A DNA stretch of 23,979 bases, from assembly GCA_050298055.1 (NCBI GenBank), contig JBNKTL010000062.1:1-23979 (forward strand), given 5' to 3'. Below the pieces are notes generated by a model. That model did no database searches. It was given only the letters and a program-made list of their open reading frames with translations, and had not been told where the DNA came from. This DNA comes from Spirochaetota bacterium (lineage in GTDB: Bacteria; Spirochaetota; UBA4802; UBA5550). This document shows, piece by piece, positions 17,728 through 23,979 of this stretch (position 1 is the first letter of the stretch; each line of letters starts with the position of its first letter). The position numbers and the translations under genes are program-made.

Positions 17728-18705
17728 ATGAGTGAAGTATTGAATGTCGCGCATCTTGGCGTAAACTTTCCCCTGAGAGACTATACGGTCCATGCGGTGA
17801 GGGACGTCTCCTTTTCCATAGAGGAAGGAAAAACCCTCGGCCTGGTGGGTGAATCGGGTTGCGGAAAGTCCGTAACAGCTTTTTCTCTTCTGGGACTCAT
17901 TTCACCGCCGGGAAAAATTGTTTCGGGGGAAATCGTCTACCGGGGCAGGGATATTGCCCGCCTTGAGAACGAAGAGTTAATGAAGATACGGGGGAGGGAG
18001 ATCGCCATGATCTTCCAGGAACCCATGACGTCACTGAATCCTGTTTTCTCTATCGGTTACCAGATATCCGAGAGTATACTTCTTCATCTGGAGAAAACGA
18101 AACCGGAAGCCCGGGAGATGGCAACAGACCTTCTTGACCAGGTGGGGATCCCCTCCGCTTCAAGGAGGTTTAACTCATACCCCCACGAATTTTCAGGAGG
18201 GATGAGACAGAGAGTGATGATCGCAATGGCCCTGGCCGCATCCCCCACTCTCCTCATTGCCGATGAACCCACAACCGCCCTTGACGTTACAATACAGGCC
18301 CAGATCCTGGATCTCCTTCTGAAGATCCAGGAAGAGCGGAAGATGTCCCTGCTGCTCATAACGCATGACCTGGGAATCGTGGCAAATATCGCTGACAGCA
18401 TTGCCATTATGTATGCCGGTGAAATTGTGGAGCAGGGCGATACGGTTGAAGTTTTCAAAAACCCCCTGCATCCCTATACCACCGGCCTTTTCGATTCCAT
18501 CCCGAAAATCGGTGACGTAAAGGAGAGGCTCCACACCATTCCGGGAACAGTCCCCACGGTAACGGAAAAGCCGGCGGGATGTGTCTTTCACCCCCGCTGT
18601 CCCATGGGTTCACGGGAGTGCCTTGAGAGGGCTGTCTCCCTGAGGGAGGTTGAGGAGAAGCGGCAGGTCCGGTGTGTTAAGGTTGGGGTAATGGTAAACG
18701 GTTAG
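17728..18705 (+). CDS. oppD: Oligo/dipeptide ABC transporter ATP-binding subunit (OppD/DppD)
   Basis: GESGCGKS, IFQEPMTSLNP, FSGGMRQR, LLIADEPTTALD, HPYT and the C-terminal Cys cluster. Confidence 0.92.
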   Translation: MSEVLNVAHLGVNFPLRDYTVHAVRDVSFSIEEGKTLGLVGESGCGKSVTAFSLLGLISPPGKIVSGEIVYRGRDIARLENEELMKIRGREIAMIFQEPMTSLNPVFSIGYQISESILLHLEKTKPEAREMATDLLDQVGIPSASRRFNSYPHEFSGGMRQRVMIAMALAASPTLLIADEPTTALDVTIQAQILDLLLKIQEERKMSLLLITHDLGIVANIADSIAIMYAGEIVEQGDTVEVFKNPLHPYTTGLFDSIPKIGDVKERLHTIPGTVPTVTEKPAGCVFHPRCPMGSRECLERAVSLREVEEKRQVRCVKVGVMVNG

Positions 18706-18788
18706 ATGCGTTGGGCGTGATTGAAATTCCGGGATAAAACCAGTTTTTTTATGAAAGGTTTTTTATAACTTTTTGGCTGTGGTTTTGG

Positions 18789-19256
18789 CTAGAGCATAAG
18801 TCTTTCCAGTGTTTTTAGGTCCGGAAATCCCAGAATTGAGATAAAAAGAGGAATAGTGTCCAGCATTCGCGTAATATACACAAAATTTCTCGCATAGTTA
18901 TCCAGAATCTTTTTATGTTCCTTGGGATTACTCAGATCATAAACAAGTTCATCAAGATAATGCCTGATGGCAAAACCAATAAGCAAGGAAACGGAAAACT
19001 TAAAATTCCTTCTTAAATCCAGATATTGTTCATAAAAAACAGAATCAATATTAATATGCTCTTTTTCCAGGATAATAAAATCCTTACCCCTCTTCTGGTA
19101 GGTGACTCTTTCATAGGGCCTGGGTTCAAATTCGTTTTTCCTGATAATCCGCGCGAGAAGGAGTGAGATCATTTCATTATTAGTGAGTCGATGTGTACTT
19201 GCAGCCCCTTCCAGTTTTTCAAGAAGTTCCGAGTCAATAGTGATGGTGGTTCTCAT
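18789..19256 (-). CDS. Hypothetical protein with an N-terminal ribbon-helix-helix-like segment, DUF1564-like
   Basis: GGGAG SD before ATG 19256; MRTTITIDSELLEKL start, then YQKR and FSVSLLIGFAI..YLDE, reminiscent of spirochaete DUF1564-type paralogues (from memory, not searched). Confidence 0.65.
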   Translation of the reverse strand: MRTTITIDSELLEKLEGAASTHRLTNNEMISLLLARIIRKNEFEPRPYERVTYQKRGKDFIILEKEHINIDSVFYEQYLDLRRNFKFSVSLLIGFAIRHYLDELVYDLSNPKEHKKILDNYARNFVYITRMLDTIPLFISILGFPDLKTLERLML

Positions 19257-19437
19257 AATGTTCAATCTCCCTGTATTTTGATCAGAATTGTAATTATTTA
19301 TCAATATTAATACGATTCTGAAACAGGATTCATTAAAACTTTTTTTGATTTTAGGGAATTTTCCCGGAATTTAATTCATGCCCAGATGCATTATGTGCCG
19401 GAAATTCATTATCTTACTTGACAAAAATTAATTTTAT

Positions 19438-19465
19438 TTGACGCAATAGGTCATTCGGATAATAT
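19438..19465 (+). promoter_or_regulatory. Putative sigma70 promoter for the 19502 gene remnant
   Basis: TTGACG (19438-19443), 16 nt, TAATAT (19460-19465). Confidence 0.45.
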
Positions 19466-19501
19466 GCTATATGTCACAAAGGGAAATTAAAAATAAAAAA
19501 T

Positions 19502-20048
19502 ATGGAAGATATTAAGCAATTTGCGCAGGAATTCTTTAAGTTAGAAGCTGAAGCCAGTGATGCTCGGTTAGTACCCAACATAAGAGATTATAACAATAAA
19601 ATTGAAAAAATGAAACAATTCTGCACTGAAGATGTAGAGAACACATTTGGGATGGTTCCCCTCTTTAAAACTTGAGTCAGATGAGTTTTACATGGATTGG
19701 AAGGATACACCACCTGCTGAACCAAGAAAAATTTTTAAAATTTCAGAATATAATAATCCCTTGTACGGAATAGTGTATGTTATTTATTGTTCAATATTGA
19801 ATCCCAGACCAAATCAACTTATGATGTACAACTGTTTTTTTGCAAATAAAAGAGAAGGTGGTTTAAAGATTTTTAAAAGTTATAGATTCACATCAGATTT
19901 AGATATTTCTGAAGAAATTTTATGAATTGAAGGTGAAGGTCCAAATGATATCAATTTTGAAAATATTGGAGATTATATTAGAACTGAAAGATATTTAGAA
20001 CCTGAGGATTGTGATGAATCAATGAAAGAATATGAACGAAACAAATAA
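19502..20048 (+). pseudogene. Disrupted AT-rich hypothetical gene (~181 aa; one frameshift and one in-frame TGA)
   Basis: MEDIKQFAQEFF...FGMVPLFKT* (19502-19675) continues in another frame as LESDEFYMDW...EEIL-TGA(19923-19925)-IEGEGP...ERYLEPEDCDESMKEYERNK-TAA(20046-20048). Confidence 0.75.
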
Positions 20049-20065
20049 AGAGTATCGTTCTACTA

Positions 20066-21583
20066 TCATATATCATAATTCCTCTGAAGGTTCTTATAAG
20101 AAAGTGCCTCCAGGAGGTGCCTCTTATCTATCTTCTCCGAACTCTCAAGGTCGGCAATGGTTCTGCTCACCCTCATGATCTTGAAAAATGACCTTGCGGT
20201 GAGGTTCATCCTCCTGACCGCGGTTTCCAGGATTTTTTCCGACCCCCGGTCAAGAACAGAGTGAGACTTGATCTCCTCTGTTGTCATCCGGGAATTGTAC
20301 TTTGTCCCTGTCCCCCTGAACCGTTCCTCCTGTATCATCCGCGCATTAACGACTCTCTTCTTTATGGCCTTTGAACTTTCAGAGCTGCCCTTCTCCATAA
20401 GGTCCCGGCAGGGGACCCTGTTCACCAGGACTTCCAGGTCTATCCTGTCCAGTATGGGGCCAGCGATTTTATTGAAAAACTTCCTCACGCTCAGGGGCGA
20501 ACAGTTGCAGTTGATCTCCGGATCAAAGAGATATCCGCACTGGCAGGGATTGCTTGCGGCAACCAGCATAAAGTCTGCGGGAAAACTGCATGTGCCGCTT
20601 ACCCGGGAGACAGTTATCTCATGGTCTTCCATGGGCTGCCGCAGTGCCTGTATCGCGCTGTTCTTGAACTGCAGCATCTCGTCAAGGAAGAGGACCCCGT
20701 TGTGGGCCAGGGAGACTTCCCCCGCAGAGGGAAACTGTCCCCCCCCGGTAAGGGATATGTCCGATGAGGTATGGTGCGGCGACCGGAACGGGGGGCTTTT
20801 TACCAGGCCTTCCGTTCCGTTGAGTTTTCCGCTTACTGAGTGGATCATGGTCGTCTCCATGGATTGTTCCCGGGTGAGGGGGGGCAGGATAGAGGGGATT
20901 CGCCTGGCCAGCATTGTCTTGCCCGATCCGGGGGAACCGTAGAGAAGAAGATTATGGTGGCCGGCGGCTGATATTTCAACTGCCCGCCTGGCAGTCTCCT
21001 GGCCCCTGATAGCTGAAAAATCGGGCAGGAGAATATCCTCCTCCGGGGAAGAGTCTCTTCCGGAATATTCAGTCACCGCTCCGGAGAGTGCCTCTATGGC
21101 ATCATTTAATGTCCTGACCGGGAAAACCCTGAGGCCTTCTACCGCCGCCGCTTCCCTCCGGTTGTTCCAGGGGACGATCATAGACGAGAACCCCCTTCTG
21201 TGCAACTCAATGGCCATTGAGAGGGCCCCGTTGACCGGTTTAATCCTGCCATCCAGGGAAAGCTCTCCGGTCATGGGGATGCTCCGGGGATCGGTCTCGA
21301 TAATGTCCATGGAGTGGAGGATGCTCAGGGCAATAGGCAGGTCAAAGTTTGCTCCCTGTTTTTTAAAGCCCGCGGGGGCCAGGTTGACCAGAAAGTTTTT
21401 GGGAGGGAAATCATATCCTGAATTTTCAATGGCGGACCGTATCCTCTCCCTTGACTCCCTGATTGTTGAATCGGGGAGTCCCACTATTGTGAAGTTGGGG
21501 AGTCCCTTGACAATATCCACCTCTATCTCAACGATCTGTGCTTCAATACCCTGAATACCCAGTGAAAGCGCTCCTGACAGCAT
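20066..21583 (-). CDS. comM: YifB/ComM Mg-chelatase-like AAA+ ATPase
   Basis: IVGLPD...ESRER, NLAPA..KK.G..FDL, GSPGSGKTM, PFRSPHH, GEVSLAHNGVLFLDE and RTIADL. Confidence 0.93.
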   Translation of the reverse strand: MLSGALSLGIQGIEAQIVEIEVDIVKGLPNFTIVGLPDSTIRESRERIRSAIENSGYDFPPKNFLVNLAPAGFKKQGANFDLPIALSILHSMDIIETDPRSIPMTGELSLDGRIKPVNGALSMAIELHRRGFSSMIVPWNNRREAAAVEGLRVFPVRTLNDAIEALSGAVTEYSGRDSSPEEDILLPDFSAIRGQETARRAVEISAAGHHNLLLYGSPGSGKTMLARRIPSILPPLTREQSMETTMIHSVSGKLNGTEGLVKSPPFRSPHHTSSDISLTGGGQFPSAGEVSLAHNGVLFLDEMLQFKNSAIQALRQPMEDHEITVSRVSGTCSFPADFMLVAASNPCQCGYLFDPEINCNCSPLSVRKFFNKIAGPILDRIDLEVLVNRVPCRDLMEKGSSESSKAIKKRVVNARMIQEERFRGTGTKYNSRMTTEEIKSHSVLDRGSEKILETAVRRMNLTARSFFKIMRVSRTIADLESSEKIDKRHLLEALSYKNLQRNYDI

Positions 21584-21675
21584 AACATTATCCTAAAAAT
21601 TATTTTTCTGCTTTTAGGATTAATACGATCGGGGTCAGTATAATGTTAAAAATTTTTTTAAATTTTTGAATTTTT

Positions 21676-23244
21676 TTAAGTCTCTTCCCCGATCATTTTT
21701 ATGCTCTCTCCTTCTTCATCTTCATCATCCCCTTCAAGTCTGAAAAAACTCATCATCTCCTTAAGTTCTCCTGCGTGAGCGTTGAGGAGCGAAGAAGTTG
21801 ATGCAAGTTCTTCGGAAGCCGACGCATTCTGCTGTGTAAGCTGGTTGAGCTGCTCCATCCCGTTATTGATCTGGGTAACACCTGTGTCCTGTTGTTCCGA
21901 TGCGCTGGATATGTCCTGAACAAGGTCGGCAGTTTTTTTGATATTGGGGATCATCTCATTTAAAAGATTTACCGCGCGTTCCGATATTCCCGCGCTGCTG
22001 TTAGCGAGGTCTCCGATCTCTTTTGAGGCTCCCTGACTCTTTTCCGCCAGCTTTCTTACCTCCCCGGCGACAACGGCAAAACCCTTCCCATGTTCACCGG
22101 CACGAGCCGCCTCAATTGCCGCATTGAGGGCAAGGAGGTTGGTCTGGTAGGCTATATCCTCTATCATTGTTATTTTTTCTGTTATCTTTTTCATAGCGTC
22201 CACTGTCTGGAGGACAGCTTCGCCTCCCTCTTCCGCCTGCTGCGCGGTTTTTTGTGCAATTTCATCGGTATTTCTGGAATTTTCCGCATTCTGATTTATT
22301 GTTGCGCCCATCTCTTCAAGGGAGGCCGATATCTCTTCAACATTTGCCGCCTGTTCATTTGCTCCCTCGCTCAATGACTGGGACGTCGAAGTAATTTCTT
22401 CCGATGCCGATGCAAGTGCATTGGAGCTGTTATTGACTTTTCTTATGACCTCCGAGAGTTTATCAGTCATTGATCTCATGGCGCCGCTGAGCCGGCCGGT
22501 TTCATCTTTTGAAAGAGCGTTTATCTTTGCCGAAAGATCGCCGTCGGCAATTTTCTCGGCCAGGGTTACGGCATCGTTAAGAGGCCGTGTGATGCTCCGG
22601 GAAAGCAGGTAACCTGAAAGGATAAGAAACAGGATAATGACAAGATTTATCACATTGGATGCCAGGAGAATATTTTCGGTTTCCCCGAAACTCAGTTTGT
22701 GATTATTTTCTGCGTCCGTGAGTGTTTTCCCCGTAAGTTTGTCCATGGAATCCCTTACGTTGTCAAAGGAAGTTTTGTAGTCTCCAAAATAGAGTTTCTC
22801 GACCCCGCTGAAATCTGTTGTGCCAAACATTTTTTCAATGGAGGATGTATGGTTTCTCAATTTCTCATATTCTGACTTAAAGATATCGAATTCACTGTAT
22901 TTCTCTCCACCGTCATCGAGATGGATCTTCCGGAATTTCCCGAACCTGGTTTTCACCTGCCCGATATTTTCATTCATGGAGTCTATCATCTTTTTGAGTT
23001 TTTTGCTGTTGCTGTTGATCCCGGGATTCAGGGCCTGGCTGATAGCAATGCTGGACTGGTAGGCGTCCCTGTCCGCTTCGATAAGAAGATCGATGCCCTT
23101 AAGGTTGTTGTAGATCAGGTTAATTTTAGATTCAATTTCAATCAGGCTGTTCCAGTTATATACAAGGAGCAGAACATTCAAAATGAATATAACAGTAAAT
23201 ACTATAAAAATTCTTCTGCCGATTTTAATATCTGCAAGTTTCAT
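21676..23244 (-). CDS. Methyl-accepting chemotaxis protein (four-helix sensor, HAMP, MA)
   Basis: Two TM helices, HAMP (ITRPL...IADGDL...DETG.L) and [35 protein letters not shown]. Confidence 0.95.
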   Translation of the reverse strand: MKLADIKIGRRIFIVFTVIFILNVLLLVYNWNSLIEIESKINLIYNNLKGIDLLIEADRDAYQSSIAISQALNPGINSNSKKLKKMIDSMNENIGQVKTRFGKFRKIHLDDGGEKYSEFDIFKSEYEKLRNHTSSIEKMFGTTDFSGVEKLYFGDYKTSFDNVRDSMDKLTGKTLTDAENNHKLSFGETENILLASNVINLVIILFLILSGYLLSRSITRPLNDAVTLAEKIADGDLSAKINALSKDETGRLSGAMRSMTDKLSEVIRKVNNSSNALASASEEITSTSQSLSEGANEQAANVEEISASLEEMGATINQNAENSRNTDEIAQKTAQQAEEGGEAVLQTVDAMKKITEKITMIEDIAYQTNLLALNAAIEAARAGEHGKGFAVVAGEVRKLAEKSQGASKEIGDLANSSAGISERAVNLLNEMIPNIKKTADLVQDISSASEQQDTGVTQINNGMEQLNQLTQQNASASEELASTSSLLNAHAGELKEMMSFFRLEGDDEDEEGESIKMIGEET

Positions 23245-23387
23245 CGTATCACCTCTCTCTATGTTTGTTTAATTCTATTAGAAAAATTTCAAGCTGTCAA
23301 ATCAAATCCGCAGTAAACAGGTTTAAATTCACTTGATTTTTTTCACAGATTATTTATATAGTGCAATGTCAGCTATCAGGAGGTAAC

Positions 23388-23780
23388 ATGCAGAAGGTAT
23401 TACACTATCAGCACGGGGAGAAGATAATTGAAGCAGGTAAAATAGAAAGCAGGATGTATATTCTCCTGGAGGGTTTTGTTACCATTTACCTTACCGATGG
23501 GAAAAACAGGATAGAAGTTGCGAAATTAAAAAAAGGTGATTTTTTCGGAGAAATGTCACTTTTTAACAATTCACCAAGAAGCGCTACCGCGTTAGCCGAT
23601 GGTGACGTGAAACTCTGTACTGTTGACAATGTTCACCAGTTAAAGGCCTTCCTTATCAAGAACCCGTCCTTCGCGGCCAAGATGGTCCATATCCTTTGCC
23701 AGAGGCTTGCCGAAACAGATGATATCCTTCTCGGCAAGATAAGTGAACTTAACCGGATAAAACTGACCCGTGATATATAA
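23388..23780 (+). CDS. Stand-alone cyclic-nucleotide-binding domain protein
   Basis: AGGAGG before ATG 23388; MYILLEG.V and GDFFGEMSLF...PRSATA; 130 aa with no HTH. Confidence 0.9.
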   Translation: MQKVLHYQHGEKIIEAGKIESRMYILLEGFVTIYLTDGKNRIEVAKLKKGDFFGEMSLFNNSPRSATALADGDVKLCTVDNVHQLKAFLIKNPSFAAKMVHILCQRLAETDDILLGKISELNRIKLTRDI

Positions 23781-23892
23781 CAGATCTGTATCTCATAGAG
23801 AGATTGAGCGGAAGTAAAAAATAATCTTGCCAGTAATTTATTCCTGTTTAAATATAAACAATGTGTATTTCTGAAAGATAAAATTGTCACGA

Positions 23893-23969
23893 AACACGAA
23901 GAAAGACCCCCTAACCCCCAGAGGGGGCATAAGAGAGTATTCTGAAAATATCTTGCGCCCCCTGCGGGG
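23893..23969 (+). repeat. 77-bp palindromic REP-like element, copy B
   Basis: Ungapped match to the reverse complement of 5667-5743, with differences concentrated in the 12-nt central loop region. Confidence 0.85.
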
Positions 23970-23979
23970 TTGTCTGTCG

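Noticed and set aside
19923..19925. TGA recoding (Sec or genetic code 4) in the AT-rich gene
   Set aside because: Other genes here end at TGA (11563-11565, 17421-17423), no SECIS-like hairpin follows, and the gene also has a frameshift; decay is the simpler explanation.
20268..20942. Long antisense or alternative-frame ORFs (also 8985-9701, 16641-17351, 2098-2616, 10945-11523, 15704-16234)
   Set aside because: They are shadows of well-supported genes on the opposite strand and lack independent motifs.
20066..21583. comM interrupted by a mobile element
   Set aside because: The ORF is intact at 505 aa and there is no integrase nearby.
21590..21620. 9-bp inverted repeat (atcctaaaa/ttttaggat) upstream of comM
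   Set aside because: Short and AT-rich; it could be a weak terminator or operator but cannot be distinguished from chance.

Overview
A 24-kb bacterial chromosomal window, probably from an anaerobic, environmental Spirochaetota (inferred from Leptospira-like chemoreceptors, a DUF1564-like gene and the bat genes). In order it holds: the 3' end of a bat operon (batB partial, batC, batD); an AT-rich acidic orphan gene; mazG plus a HAD hydrolase; a ~1-kb repeat-rich intergenic region with a compact cobalamin riboswitch and no obvious downstream B12 gene; a chemoreceptor; a three-gene fdhF / AsrA(HydB)-like / AsrB(HydG)-like redox operon; a penicillin-acylase-family Ntn hydrolase; a membrane protein with a Cys-rich tail bracketed by 48-bp promoter-bearing direct repeats; hicAB; a metallophosphoesterase-fold lipoprotein with degenerate metal ligands; a small hypothetical gene; an orphan oppD; an RHH/DUF1564-like gene; an AT-rich pseudogene; comM/yifB; a second chemoreceptor; a stand-alone cNMP-binding protein; and a second copy of a 77-bp REP-like element. 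The most notable items are the orphan B12 riboswitch segment, the hydrogenase-free Fdh-AsrA-AsrB-like module, the repeat-bracketed gene next to hicAB and the apparent pseudo-phosphoesterase. All assignments come from reading motifs by eye; no database searches were run.
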